Shown in pieces: positions 10,801-20,587 of a stretch of 64,000 nucleotides of DNA. A program made the translations under genes and the position numbers. The stretch comes from Sulfurimonas sp. (GTDB lineage: Bacteria > Campylobacterota > Campylobacteria > Campylobacterales > Sulfurimonadaceae), in assembly GCF_023228785.1 (NCBI RefSeq), contig NZ_JALOAN010000010.1, positions 7,198 to 71,197 of the forward strand. The letters run 5' to 3'. The notes under the pieces were generated by a model. It searched no databases and had not been told where the DNA came from. It worked only from the letters and a program-made list of their open reading frames with translations. Each line of letters starts with the position of its first letter. The stretch's first letter is position 1.

Positions 10801-12320
10801 TTTTGTTTAAAAAAGTCTGTAAAGTTTCTTTGTTTGTTTGAAAATGCAGCTAAAGGTGTGTCATCTCCCATAGAACCAACCGCTTCTTTAGCATCAATTA
10901 TCATAGGCTCTATAATCTGTTCAACTACCTCTTGAGTTACATTAAAATATCTTTGTCTTTTTACAAGATCTTGCATCTCAAAGTCACACTTATTAGTGTA
11001 CTGCACTTCTACATGCTCTTGAAGATAGATCATATGTTCATTTAACCACTTCATGTAAGGATTTGAACTCTTTAGGTAGTCATTTATTTGATCATTTTTT
11101 AAAAGCTTTCCAAATTTCAAGTCAAGCCCTATCATCTCACCAGATTGAAGACGACCTCTCTCTTTTATATTTTCTTGTGGTATATCTATAACACCATATT
11201 CACTTGCTATAAGAAAGTTATCATCTTTAGTTACTATATATTTTGCAGGACGAAGACCATTTCTATCTAAAGTACAGCCGATATAACGACCATCAGTTAC
11301 ACAAAAAGCAGCTGGGCCATCCCACGCTTCAAAAACTGTTGATTGATACTCATAAAAAGCACGAAGCTCTGGATCCATATGCGGAGCATTTTGCCAGGCC
11401 GATGGAATAACAGCACGAACGGCTTTAAAGAAGTCCATATCATTTGCTATTAGAAACTCAAAAAAATTATCAGCAGATGCACTATCAGATGAGTCTAATT
11501 GAAGTATTGGAAGTATTCTTTGTATCTCTTCATCGCTAAATACTTCACTATTTATGGATTCAGACTTTATTTCAACATTTATACGATTACCCTCTACAGA
11601 GTTTATCTCTCCATTGTGCGCAACTGCACGAAATGGCTGAGCTAATCTCCACTCTGGTAGTGTGTTAGTTGAGAATCTTTGATGAAATAGTGAAAAAGAG
11701 ATTTTAAAATTTTTATCTTGCAGGTCTTTATAGAACTCTTTTATATGCGTTGGCATAATAAGTCCTTTATAAGAGAGTACTTTTGAACTCATAGATGAGA
11801 TATAAAACTCTTTTTGCTCTACTAAAGCGTGTTCTATCTCTTTTCTACTAAGATATAAAAGTGCCTCAAATCTTTTTGTAGCCATTATTGAATTTGGTGT
11901 TATAAAGAGGTGTACGATATTTGGCAGTGTTTTTAAAGCTTGATTTCCCAATGCTTTTGTATCTATAGGTACTTCACGGCTTAAGACTATTTTTAAGTCA
12001 TTACTTGCACAGATTTTTGTAGCAAGATCTAAATGTTTTTTCTCTTTATAAAAGATAGATGCTACTGCAAAAAGCTTTGGAAGTTCGACTCCACTTTTAG
12101 ATGCTTCTTGTCTTAAAAATTCATCAGGCATTGAAAAAAGCAATCCACTACCATCCCCTGTTTTCCCATCAGCCGCAACTGCTCCACGGTGCATCATTCT
12201 CTCTAGTGCTGTGATTGCATCATTTAAAACCTTATGAGATGCTATATTTTTTATGTTTGCAATAAGACCAAAACCACAGTTGTCTTTAAATGATCTTAGT
12301 AAATCATAGTGTTTTGCCAT
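7881..12320 (-). CDS. gltB: Glutamate synthase large subunit
   Basis: N-terminal CGFG Ntn nucleophile, HRGA, HNGEIN, KVAQGAKPGEGGQLPG, CHVNKC cluster, GXGXG C-terminal domain. Confidence 0.98.
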   Translation of the reverse strand: MAKHYDLLRSFKDNCGFGLIANIKNIASHKVLNDAITALERMMHRGAVAADGKTGDGSGLLFSMPDEFLRQEASKSGVELPKLFAVASIFYKEKKHLDLATKICASNDLKIVLSREVPIDTKALGNQALKTLPNIVHLFITPNSIMATKRFEALLYLSRKEIEHALVEQKEFYISSMSSKVLSYKGLIMPTHIKEFYKDLQDKNFKISFSLFHQRFSTNTLPEWRLAQPFRAVAHNGEINSVEGNRINVEIKSESINSEVFSDEEIQRILPILQLDSSDSASADNFFEFLIANDMDFFKAVRAVIPSAWQNAPHMDPELRAFYEYQSTVFEAWDGPAAFCVTDGRYIGCTLDRNGLRPAKYIVTKDDNFLIASEYGVIDIPQENIKERGRLQSGEMIGLDLKFGKLLKNDQINDYLKSSNPYMKWLNEHMIYLQEHVEVQYTNKCDFEMQDLVKRQRYFNVTQEVVEQIIEPMIIDAKEAVGSMGDDTPLAAFSNKQRNFTDFFKQKFAQVTNPPIDPIRERVVMSLNAGFGEVHNILDEIPSHAHRLKSISPIITREKLDVLKSFGDKKSPRYQAFYQNETFSTAYQGSLKDSLDVLIKKIVTSVQEDGTRIIILDDYEFSKDNKIIPMAMVVGRLSFALLESRVRHLTSIVCITGEVIDAHSAAVLIGYGASAIYPNLLFAIVIDKLESSKAIDMECIEALKSIHSALNGGLLKIISKMGISTIASYRNAGLFDILGLNDEIVDECFRSSHSELGGLGYDDIDARISKYHKEAFIEGGFNTIFPLNVGGFYKFYNGQEHHDFGPSVIHAIHAVAQSGKKEDYNKLRDLVNKRDLKFIRDFFELKSDRKPIDISEVEPKEEIFKRFASAAMSLGSISPEAHETIAMAMNKIGAQSNSGEGGEDAVRFESDRNSKIKQVASGRFGVTPAYLRSAQEIQIKVAQGAKPGEGGQLPGHKVTPLIAKLRHTVPGVTLISPPPHHDIYSIEDLAQLIFDIKQVNPKARVAVKLVSAIGVGTIAAGVAKSYADKIIISGGDGGTGAAPLSSIKFAGNPWEIGLSEAHNALKANNLRSLVELQADGGLKSGLDVVKAALLGAESYAFGTGVLTIVGCKMLRICHVNKCTVGIATQNEKLRAEFFKGHVDQVVNYFTLLAEDIRSIMAELGYKTMEEMVGRVDLLKVMDNDFAKKFDFSSILHQEEGINTHQQESNFPFDDNAFEKDLLKEAMVAIKHPEHPIRLTREIRNTNRSFGALISGEIAQYYGDGGLKSDTIKIKLQGIAGQAFGAFLIHGVSLYLEGEANDYIGKGMHGGKIIITSKNEGEDFTAGGNTCLYGATSGKLYITGSVGERFAVRNSGALAIVEGSGDNACEYMTGGIVVILGRTGINFGAGMTGGISFVYDKDHTFVENVNRELVEAIRIDTDESADARHLLKKLLKNYLVETQSAKAKDLLDNYRVEVRNFWLVKPKNLTKLPLSADKGD

Positions 12321-12495
12321 ATTTTCTCCTTTTTTTTAACATTCTTACAAATATTTGATTTTTTTAACCTCTTTTTAAACATACTTAGTATATTTAGAGA
12401 TAAGCAGTGCATTATACTATTTAAAGTTTTAAAAAAGTATAATAGACTTAAAATTTTATTAGTAAATTAAAAAATTGTGTAAATAAGAAGCAAAA

Positions 12496-13116
12496 ATGCA
12501 AGGTTATATCATAAAACTTAACAAGGTTAAGGACGAAGACTTAATAGTTACCATAATAACAAAGGGTAGCTTAGATACGCTTTACAGGTTTTATGGAGCA
12601 AGACATGGAGTTATAAATCTTGGTTTTAAGATAGATTATGAGAGAGAAGATAGTGCAAAGTCAACTATCTCAAGACTAAAAGATGTCATCCATATAGGTT
12701 TTACTTGGATCAATAACTATAAGCTCTTAAAGCTATGGCAAGACTTTATAGCACTCTTTTATAAGCATCTTCAAGATGCACAGGAGTTGGATAATTTTTA
12801 CTTTGAGCTAATAGATAAAGCATCAAAAAAGTGGAGTGAACAAAACCCTAAGAGAGTAGCTGTAGAGTCTTATGTTAAGCTACTAGAACATGAAGGAAGA
12901 CTTCACTCAGATCTTGTTTGTTTTTTATGTTCTACCAAGATAAAAGATGATGAAATATCGCTCATTCGAGCATATCTGCCAACTCATAGATCTTGTTCTC
13001 ACACTCTTGGTATTAGTAAAAAAGGGCTTATTGAGCTATTTGAGGCAAAGTCTTCTATCTTTTTAAGTGATAAAGAGATAGATAGACTATGGATAGTTTT
13101 ACTTGAAGGGCTTTAA
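12496..13116 (+). CDS. recO: Recombination protein RecO (Campylobacterales type)
   Basis: MQGYII...EDLIV...RFYGARH N-terminal OB-like motif; C-x2-C...H-x2-C zinc motif. Confidence 0.8.
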   Translation: MQGYIIKLNKVKDEDLIVTIITKGSLDTLYRFYGARHGVINLGFKIDYEREDSAKSTISRLKDVIHIGFTWINNYKLLKLWQDFIALFYKHLQDAQELDNFYFELIDKASKKWSEQNPKRVAVESYVKLLEHEGRLHSDLVCFLCSTKIKDDEISLIRAYLPTHRSCSHTLGISKKGLIELFEAKSSIFLSDKEIDRLWIVLLEGL

Positions 13117-13667
13117 GATTTTTTAGCAACTATAGATGCTATTTTTACTCTCTCGCCATTTGGATTTACATCTATACGCTCTTCATAGTAGATAACATCA
13201 AGAGCTATAAAGGAGTGAAGTAACTCATTTTTGCGTAAAAGATAGTCAAGATTCATAGTTGGAATCTTAAAATCTCCATGGGCAAGTAAATATGTCTCAA
13301 ATATGATTACTCCACCTTTTTTTAACCCATCTTTCATTTGAGAGACTATACGTCTATTTAGATAGTTCACATTTACGATCAGATCATACTTATTTGGCGT
13401 GATATTATACTTATCCAAATCAGCTTCTATTTTATTTATAGTAGGTCGCTTAGCTATCTTATCTAGTGCTACGTTTGAGATATCTACTGCATCTACTTCA
13501 AAGCCTTTTTGAGCTAAAAAGTTAGTATTTCTACCAGTTCCGCAAGCGACATCAAGCGCAATGCCAACATTTGCATGGCTTACATATTCCTCTAATATAA
13601 GAGAGACATTTTCTTGTGCTTCCTTTTGTGAATATTTTTCATTCCATCTTTTTTTATCTTCTAACAT
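13113..13667 (-). CDS. Class I SAM-dependent methyltransferase (TehB-like)
   Basis: ALDVACGTGRN motif I, DAVDIS, YDLIV. Confidence 0.85.
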   Translation of the reverse strand: MLEDKKRWNEKYSQKEAQENVSLILEEYVSHANVGIALDVACGTGRNTNFLAQKGFEVDAVDISNVALDKIAKRPTINKIEADLDKYNITPNKYDLIVNVNYLNRRIVSQMKDGLKKGGVIIFETYLLAHGDFKIPTMNLDYLLRKNELLHSFIALDVIYYEERIDVNPNGERVKIASIVAKKS

Positions 13668-13670
13668 AAT

Positions 13671-15947
13671 TTATCCTTTTCTTAAAAATTTTATCAAATC
13701 CTCTCTAGAGAGTGGTTTTGAATAGTAGTAACCTTGAAATATATCACAATTACTTCTCTTGAGCTCATCTATTTGCTCAATGCTTTCAACTCCCTCAGCT
13801 AAGGTTTTCATGTGAAAATTTTTCCCTATGTTTATTATACTATCTACTAGGTTTTTTTCACTTTCATCATACAAGATCTTATCAATAAAGCTTTTATCTA
13901 TCTTTAACTCATCAATAGGTAACTCTCTTAAAATACTAAGAGATGAGTAACCAGTTCCAAAGTCATCTAAAGATATCTTTATATCATGTTCTTGTATATC
14001 GTACAAAATAGGCAAAACATCATCCAGACTCTCTATAGACAAAGACTCTGTAATCTCAAGCGTCAGAGAGCTTCTATTGAAGTTCTCTAGCGCTATTGCT
14101 TTTAGTAAATTTGGTAAAAAATCAGCTTCCATTAGTTGAACAACTGAGATATTTATAGAGAGATTAAAAGTGAGGCTTAACTCTTCTTGAACCATTTTTA
14201 TCTCTCTTAGAGAAGTTTGTATGATAAACTCTCCAAGCTCTTTCATAAGCCCACTCTCTTCAGCTACATATATAAACTTATCAGGAGCGACAAACCCTAA
14301 CTTTTTGTTTTGCCATCTAACAAGAGCTTCAACACCATAAAGTGTCTCATCGGAGTTTATCTGTGGCTGATAAGCCATCCAAAGCTCACGAGCTTCTATA
14401 GCGCCTCTTAGTTCATGTTCTACCTCTGTTCTAAAAGCATTTAGTGATCGCATCTCTTCCGAGAAGAATGAGTATGAATTTTTAATTTTTTTAGCTTGAT
14501 ACATCGCAGTATCAGCAAGGCTTAAAAGCTCTTCTATGTTTTTTGCATCTTTTGGACATTCAGCAATTCCTATACTAACCCCTATCCTAAAATCTCTCTT
14601 TCCTATATGATAGACCTTAGATATATAGTTTATAAGATCTTGAATTTTTAACTCTATCTCTTTCCTATTAATATTGTTAGCAAAAACTATAAACTCATCA
14701 CCACCCTGTCTTATAATCATTTCATCTTTAGTAAAAAACATATTTAGTCTATTTGCAACTTCGATTAAGATATCATCTCCGGCAATATGTCCAAACTTAT
14801 CATTTATATTTTTAAAATTATCCAGATCTAGATATAGAACAAAGTACTTATTGTTATATAACTTTCTATAGTTTTGTATGTTTTCATACATATAAATTCT
14901 ATTTGGTAAATTTGTTAAAGTGTCGTGTTGAACCTGACGAATAAGCTCTAAATCTTTTCTCTTCTCAGATACAGCTACACTTTTAAAGAGAATAAAAAAT
15001 ATTATAAAAGTCAAAATAAACATCGTTATGTAGAGGATTACTTCTCTAGAAAACTCCTCTTTTATCTCTTGTACACTTCCTCCAACAGATATCCAAAGCT
15101 TGTATTTTTTAACATAATTCAAACCTACTATATTATCGCCTATCTGATCACTATTTATAAAAAGACTAATTGTTTTTGGTCTCTTTCTTAACTCTTTTAT
15201 GGAGTATTTGTACTTTGAGTAAAAGATCTCTTTAACATGAGAGAGTAACTCTTTTTTTATAGGTTTTTCATATAGATCTATCTGAGAAGAGTTTTGTTGG
15301 CTATAGTATAGTTTATATAAATTGCCTTTATCATCTAGATCTTTTAAGATGACTACTATTTTATTTTTTGAAAGTTCAAATGCATCAAGATAGTTACTGT
15401 TTTTAGAATTTTTTATACCAGCTATTACAACACCTAAGATATTCCCATCATCATCTCGTATAGCCTTCCTAAGTGGAATAATCCACTCATTAATAGCATC
15501 AAAATAGTATGTTCTTGAAACTACCATATGATCAGAGCTAAGAGATCTTTTAAAATCATAACTAGTTTTATCATTAGTCATAAGATTTATATCTTTTTTT
15601 TCTACGTTTGAGCTAGATACTAGAACTTGACCATTCTTATCAGCTAAACCAAGAGTAACTAGGGAAGGATTGTGTTTTAGTATAAGACTAAACAGTTCTT
15701 CTGTTTTGGCTTTAGAACTACTTTTGCACTCTTTAAAGATGCTCTCTCCAACAACACTTAAGAGCATATCTTTTTGCATAAAATCTGCTTCTATTGATTG
15801 TGCCACTATTTGAGTGTAGTACTCTACTTGGGTAGTGTACCTCTCTTTTATCCCTTTATAATTAAAATAAAGAAGAGTTACTAAAAACAGTGTAGCAACG
15901 ATTGACAATAAATAAAATATCTTCCATATATTGTTTTTTAGTATCAT
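13671..15947 (-). CDS. Membrane-bound Cache-sensor diguanylate cyclase/phosphodiesterase (GGDEF+EAL)
   Basis: Two TMs flanking a periplasmic Cache-like region; intact GGDEF, EALVRW and DDFGTGYSSL motifs. Confidence 0.92.
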   Translation of the reverse strand: MILKNNIWKIFYLLSIVATLFLVTLLYFNYKGIKERYTTQVEYYTQIVAQSIEADFMQKDMLLSVVGESIFKECKSSSKAKTEELFSLILKHNPSLVTLGLADKNGQVLVSSSNVEKKDINLMTNDKTSYDFKRSLSSDHMVVSRTYYFDAINEWIIPLRKAIRDDDGNILGVVIAGIKNSKNSNYLDAFELSKNKIVVILKDLDDKGNLYKLYYSQQNSSQIDLYEKPIKKELLSHVKEIFYSKYKYSIKELRKRPKTISLFINSDQIGDNIVGLNYVKKYKLWISVGGSVQEIKEEFSREVILYITMFILTFIIFFILFKSVAVSEKRKDLELIRQVQHDTLTNLPNRIYMYENIQNYRKLYNNKYFVLYLDLDNFKNINDKFGHIAGDDILIEVANRLNMFFTKDEMIIRQGGDEFIVFANNINRKEIELKIQDLINYISKVYHIGKRDFRIGVSIGIAECPKDAKNIEELLSLADTAMYQAKKIKNSYSFFSEEMRSLNAFRTEVEHELRGAIEARELWMAYQPQINSDETLYGVEALVRWQNKKLGFVAPDKFIYVAEESGLMKELGEFIIQTSLREIKMVQEELSLTFNLSINISVVQLMEADFLPNLLKAIALENFNRSSLTLEITESLSIESLDDVLPILYDIQEHDIKISLDDFGTGYSSLSILRELPIDELKIDKSFIDKILYDESEKNLVDSIINIGKNFHMKTLAEGVESIEQIDELKRSNCDIFQGYYYSKPLSREDLIKFLRKG

Positions 15948-15992
15948 TCAACTATCATACCAAAAATCCGCTCTATATAATATTTTTTTATA

Positions 15993-17123
15993 CTATGAGA
16001 GTCTGTTCTTGTAATTTTCATAACCAAAATCTTTTACGATCTCTATCTTGCCATCTCTTCTTTTAAGAGCTAAAGATGGGAGTTTAATGCCATTAAATGT
16101 TGTACTTTTGACAAACGTATAGTGGATCTGATCTTCAAATATAACCCTATCTCCAACTTCAAGCGCTTTATCAAATGAGTAATCACCCATAATGTCACCT
16201 GCTAAACAAGTATTTCCTGCAAGTCTATAAGTTAACTCTTTTTTCTCTGCCTCAGCTGCACCTCTAACTTCAGCACGATAAGGCATAGCCATAGTATCTG
16301 GCATATGAGCCTCAGCAGAAGCATCTAGTATTGCTATTTTCATACCATTGTCAACCACATCTAAAACACTGCTTATTAGATATCCACACTCCCAACCAAC
16401 GGCTTCACCAGGTTCAAGATATACTTCTACGCTGTATTTTTCTCTAAAATCTTTGATGATTTTTATAAGCTTCTCAACATCATAACCCTCTTTAGTTATG
16501 TGATGTCCTCCGCCAAAGTTGATGTATTTTAAACCTTTAAAGTACTTAGAAAACTTACTCTCAAAAGCTTTTAAAACACCCTCTAGTGCATCTACATTTT
16601 GTTCACAAAGAGCGTGAAAGTTTAGTCCATCTACATATTTTAAGACTCTCTCATCAAAGTTTGCTTTAGTTGTGCCTAAGCGGCTGTAGATCCCACAAGG
16701 GTTGTAGATCTCTTTTGGAGACTGCGAATACTCCGGGTTTATTCTAAGTGAGATCTCTATCTTAGGATTTACTTCTTTTACTCTTTTTGCATACTTAAAG
16801 AGTTGGTTTACAGAGTTAAAGACTATGTGATCTGAGATGGTAGCTATCTCATCTATCTCTTCATCTTTAAATGCTGGTGAGTAGGTGTGAACTTCTTTGC
16901 CAAACTCCTCGTAAGCTAGTTTTGCCTCATGAAGTCCACTAGCTGTACATCCGTGAAGATATCTCTTAACCTGCTCAAAAGTGCTCCACATTGCAAAACC
17001 TTTAAGAGCTAAAATAACCTTAGCTCCACTTCTTTTTTGCACATCATCTAAGATAAGAAGATTCCTCTCTAAAAGCTCTTCTTCACAGACATAACATGGA
17101 GTTGGGATATCTTCTATCTTCAT
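15993..17123 (-). CDS. nspC: Carboxynorspermidine decarboxylase
   Basis: TPCYV, LALKGFA (PLP Lys), GLNFHALCEQ, INFGGGHH, EPGEA, GNTCLAGD. Confidence 0.93.
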   Translation of the reverse strand: MKIEDIPTPCYVCEEELLERNLLILDDVQKRSGAKVILALKGFAMWSTFEQVKRYLHGCTASGLHEAKLAYEEFGKEVHTYSPAFKDEEIDEIATISDHIVFNSVNQLFKYAKRVKEVNPKIEISLRINPEYSQSPKEIYNPCGIYSRLGTTKANFDERVLKYVDGLNFHALCEQNVDALEGVLKAFESKFSKYFKGLKYINFGGGHHITKEGYDVEKLIKIIKDFREKYSVEVYLEPGEAVGWECGYLISSVLDVVDNGMKIAILDASAEAHMPDTMAMPYRAEVRGAAEAEKKELTYRLAGNTCLAGDIMGDYSFDKALEVGDRVIFEDQIHYTFVKSTTFNGIKLPSLALKRRDGKIEIVKDFGYENYKNRLS

Positions 17124-17127
17124 CTTT

Positions 17128-18312
17128 TTATACTTCCATCTCTTTTATTTGCCAAGGAAGACCTTGAGTATTCATCTCATCCATAAACGGATCTGGGTCA
17201 AGTTGCTCTAGGTTAAAAACACCCTCCCCGCTCCACTTTCCTTGTAGCATTAGTTTCGCACCTATCATCGCTGGAACTCCAGTTGAGTAAGAAACACCTT
17301 GAGAGTTTGTCTCTGCAAAACACTCTTCATGATCTTTTACTTGGTAGATGTAGATCTTTCTTTTCTTGCCATCTTTTATGCCCTCTACTAAAACACCGAT
17401 ATTTGTCTTGCCAGTTGTTCTAGGACCAAGTGAAGCTGGATCTGGAAGAAGTGTCTTTAAAAACTCCATAGGAACTATCTTCATCCCCTTATGTTCTACC
17501 TCTTTAATACCAAGCATTCCTACATTTTCCAAGCACTTCATATGCGTGAGGTAACTCTGTCCAAAAGTCATAAAAAATCTTATGCGTTTTAAACCTTTTA
17601 TGTTTTTAACAAGTGACTCTAACTCTTCATGGTAGAGCAAGTAAGAGTCTTTTGAACCAACCTCAGGATAGTCCCAAACCTGCATAATCTCCATAGGCTC
17701 AGTCTCGATCCACTCTCCATTTTCCCAGTAACGACCTTTTGAACTAACTTCTCTTAGGTTTATCTCAGGGTTAAAGTTTGTAGCAAAAGCATAACCGTGA
17801 TCTCCAGCGTTACAGTCAAGTATGTCTATGGTGTGGATCTCATCAAAGTAGTGTTTCGCAGCATAAGCACAAAAAACATTTGTAGCACCTGGATCAAAAC
17901 CACTCCCTAAAACTCCCATGATCCCAGCTTTTTTAAATGCCACATCTCTCTCCCACTGAAGTTTATACTCAAACTTAGCCTCATCTGGATGCTCATAGTT
18001 TGCAGTATCAAGATACGCTGTCTTTGTAGCAATACACGCATCCATAATGGTTAGATCTTGATATGGAAGTGCAACATTTATAACGATGTCCGCATTAACT
18101 TCTTTTATGAGCTTTATAAGCTCCTCTGTATTGTCCGCATCTACGCTTTTTGTTACTATATCTGCATCTGGCAGGTCGCTCTTTATAAGATCGCATCTTG
18201 CAATAGTTCTACTTGCTAAGACTATACGACCAAATACATCTGCATTTTGTACACATTTGTGCACGACTACACGACTGACTCCGCCAGCACCAATTATCAA
18301 AGTTGTTTTCAT
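17128..18312 (-). CDS. Carboxy(nor)spermidine dehydrogenase (saccharopine dehydrogenase family)
   Basis: IIGAGGV Rossmann motif, YLDTANYE, GFDPG, FATNFNPEINLRE; directly upstream of nspC. Confidence 0.9.
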   Translation of the reverse strand: MKTTLIIGAGGVSRVVVHKCVQNADVFGRIVLASRTIARCDLIKSDLPDADIVTKSVDADNTEELIKLIKEVNADIVINVALPYQDLTIMDACIATKTAYLDTANYEHPDEAKFEYKLQWERDVAFKKAGIMGVLGSGFDPGATNVFCAYAAKHYFDEIHTIDILDCNAGDHGYAFATNFNPEINLREVSSKGRYWENGEWIETEPMEIMQVWDYPEVGSKDSYLLYHEELESLVKNIKGLKRIRFFMTFGQSYLTHMKCLENVGMLGIKEVEHKGMKIVPMEFLKTLLPDPASLGPRTTGKTNIGVLVEGIKDGKKRKIYIYQVKDHEECFAETNSQGVSYSTGVPAMIGAKLMLQGKWSGEGVFNLEQLDPDPFMDEMNTQGLPWQIKEMEV

Positions 18313-18402
18313 TTTTTCTCCTAAATACTATTTTTATAGTGATCTTTTTTTGACTCTATTTTACTAGTGTGATTATAGCAGTTCTCTAATTTTTTACTAA
18401 CC

Positions 18403-18774
18403 TTATATCAACTCAAAAGCCACAATAAGAGTAAAGATCCATACAAGTGCTGTAACTATCAGACTCATAAGAACTAGCGTAGCTCCAACATCTTTTGCTT
18501 GCTTTGCCAAGATGTGGTAGTCACTAGTTACAAGATCTACAACTCTCTCTATGGAACTATTTGTAATCTCCGCTAAAAGAGGTAGAAAAAGAGAGATAAA
18601 GAGGATGCTTGAGAATCCAAAACCAATTGGTAAGATCCACGCTACAAAACCCATCACGCAAAGAAGTAGAAGCTGCCACTTAAACGATGTCTCATTTTTT
18701 GTAATATCTACAAAACCCTCTAAAGCGTAGATGCCATTCTTAAAAAGCGAATGTTTAGGCTTGTTTAGTTTCAT
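18403..18774 (-). CDS. dgkA: Diacylglycerol kinase (prokaryotic DgkA)
   Basis: NETSF, AEITNSSIERVVDL, AKQAKDVGA motifs; start at ATG 18774 (MKLNKPK) or 18780. Confidence 0.9.
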   Translation of the reverse strand: MKLNKPKHSLFKNGIYALEGFVDITKNETSFKWQLLLLCVMGFVAWILPIGFGFSSILFISLFLPLLAEITNSSIERVVDLVTSDYHILAKQAKDVGATLVLMSLIVTALVWIFTLIVAFELI

Positions 18775-20584
18775 GTTCATCCTTTAAATTCTTAATGATA
18801 TCTTTTACTTCTTGGACTTTTGTATCTCTAGATATTGGCTTTGAGAAGTAAACTACTACATCTCTTTTTGTAGAAAATTTAAACTCTTTTTTTTTAGAAA
18901 ATATACTGCCTTGCATACCATCTATAAAAAAGGTACAAATAGATCCATCATAATCACTAGAGATAAATTCATAGCCCTTGTAAAACTCTCCAAGCTCTCC
19001 ATCAGGACTTATTTTACCCTCTGGAAACAGAGCCACAATTTTACCATTTTTCAGTCTCATGGATGCCTCTTTAAACGAGCCATTTGAAGCTTTTTTTGAG
19101 ATAGGAATAAGCTCACCTTTTTTTAGTATAGTGTTAAAAAGTCTATTATTGTAGATCTCTTTATCTATCATAAAGTTGATGCGTTTTTTTATAGGGATCT
19201 GTATAATCGCCCAATCAATCCAGCTAACATGATTACCTAAAAGTAAAACGCCACCTTTTTCTGGAATATTTTCAAGTCCTTCGTAACGAAACCTATATCT
19301 TATCTTTAGAAGCATCTCTACTAGTGCCCAAAAAGAGATAACAAAATATCTCTTTAAAAGAATAAAAGAGAGATAAACGCCAACTAACCCCATAAGATAA
19401 AAGAGTGCAACAGCGCTTGTTCCAAAGAATGCAAAGAGAGTGGTTAGAAGTAAAAAAGAGACCATAAAGATGTTTTGTACAAAGTTGTTTCCAGCTAGTA
19501 TGATACCAAGATGAACTCTAGGGGCTTTTAGCTGTATAAGAGAGTTTAGTGGCACCATAATAAAGCCTGAAAAGATTCCAAAAAGAGCAAATAGCAAGAC
19601 TAGAGTTAGCATTGATTCACAAGATGGAATAATCAAAACTACAATAGTTATCCCAATAGCTCCAATAGTCGCAATTCCACTATTTACATAGTATTTTGAA
19701 AGAGATGCTGCAAGAAATGAGCCTGCAATAATGCCAAAACCAGCCATTGCCATAGCTCCTTGAACATATATAGCATTAGTGATGCCTAGTTCTCCCTTTG
19801 CAAATTCTCCAAATATAGCAAGCACAACTTGAGAGATAGACCAAAAAAGACTAAGAGCCAAAATGGCATCAAATATCTCTCTATTTCTCTTAAGAGTTTT
19901 TATATTTTTCTGAAGATACTCTGCTCTTAAATATCTCTTAAAACTAAATCTTTTTTCGCTGATCCCTACCATCATATTTGGAAGATTTGATGCTAAAAAC
20001 CACTCAATAACTGAACCTAAAACTAAAAGCCAACCAAGAGGAGCTATAGCCTTTAAAACATCCTCTTTAGTCTCAAAATTATCCGCTAAAGAGATCTCAA
20101 ACAACACTGTATAAAAAATTATTCCACTTAGTATCGCTACAGTTGTAACTGCTTGAACTGCACCATTTCCAAGGCTTATAAACTTTAGTCCTACTAACTC
20201 TTTTATATATCCATACTTTGCAGGACTATAGATAGCACTTTGAAGAGCAAGCATAAAAGTCATAAAAAATGCAGTATAAAACCAACCCTCATAGTAAGAG
20301 TAAGTAATGAGAAGTGTAATAACAACCGCTAAGGCTGAGGAGTGTTTCATGATGGTACTCTTAGCAAATCTATCAGCTAAAAATCCAGAAGGCGAAAAGA
20401 GCAGTATAAAAGGTAGAAGTATCAAAGCGTTTACGATGGCAGTTAAGACAATCTGCATCTCACCATCATAAACTTTAAAAATAGTGTTTTGTATAATGAT
20501 CTTATGTCCTAAGTCTGTAAAAGCGTTTAAAAATACCACTATAAGGTAGTTTATAACTCCTACAATCTTAAACATATCTCTCAA
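18755..20584 (-). CDS. MFS (LplT-like) lysophospholipid transporter fused to PlsC-type acyltransferase
   Basis: About 12 TM MFS with GFLADRF and SAIYSPAKYG; C-terminal NHVSWID (HX4D) and FPEG motifs. Confidence 0.87.
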   Translation of the reverse strand: MRDMFKIVGVINYLIVVFLNAFTDLGHKIIIQNTIFKVYDGEMQIVLTAIVNALILLPFILLFSPSGFLADRFAKSTIMKHSSALAVVITLLITYSYYEGWFYTAFFMTFMLALQSAIYSPAKYGYIKELVGLKFISLGNGAVQAVTTVAILSGIIFYTVLFEISLADNFETKEDVLKAIAPLGWLLVLGSVIEWFLASNLPNMMVGISEKRFSFKRYLRAEYLQKNIKTLKRNREIFDAILALSLFWSISQVVLAIFGEFAKGELGITNAIYVQGAMAMAGFGIIAGSFLAASLSKYYVNSGIATIGAIGITIVVLIIPSCESMLTLVLLFALFGIFSGFIMVPLNSLIQLKAPRVHLGIILAGNNFVQNIFMVSFLLLTTLFAFFGTSAVALFYLMGLVGVYLSFILLKRYFVISFWALVEMLLKIRYRFRYEGLENIPEKGGVLLLGNHVSWIDWAIIQIPIKKRINFMIDKEIYNNRLFNTILKKGELIPISKKASNGSFKEASMRLKNGKIVALFPEGKISPDGELGEFYKGYEFISSDYDGSICTFFIDGMQGSIFSKKKEFKFSTKRDVVVYFSKPISRDTKVQEVKDIIKNLKDEHETKQA

Positions 20585-20587
20585 GGG

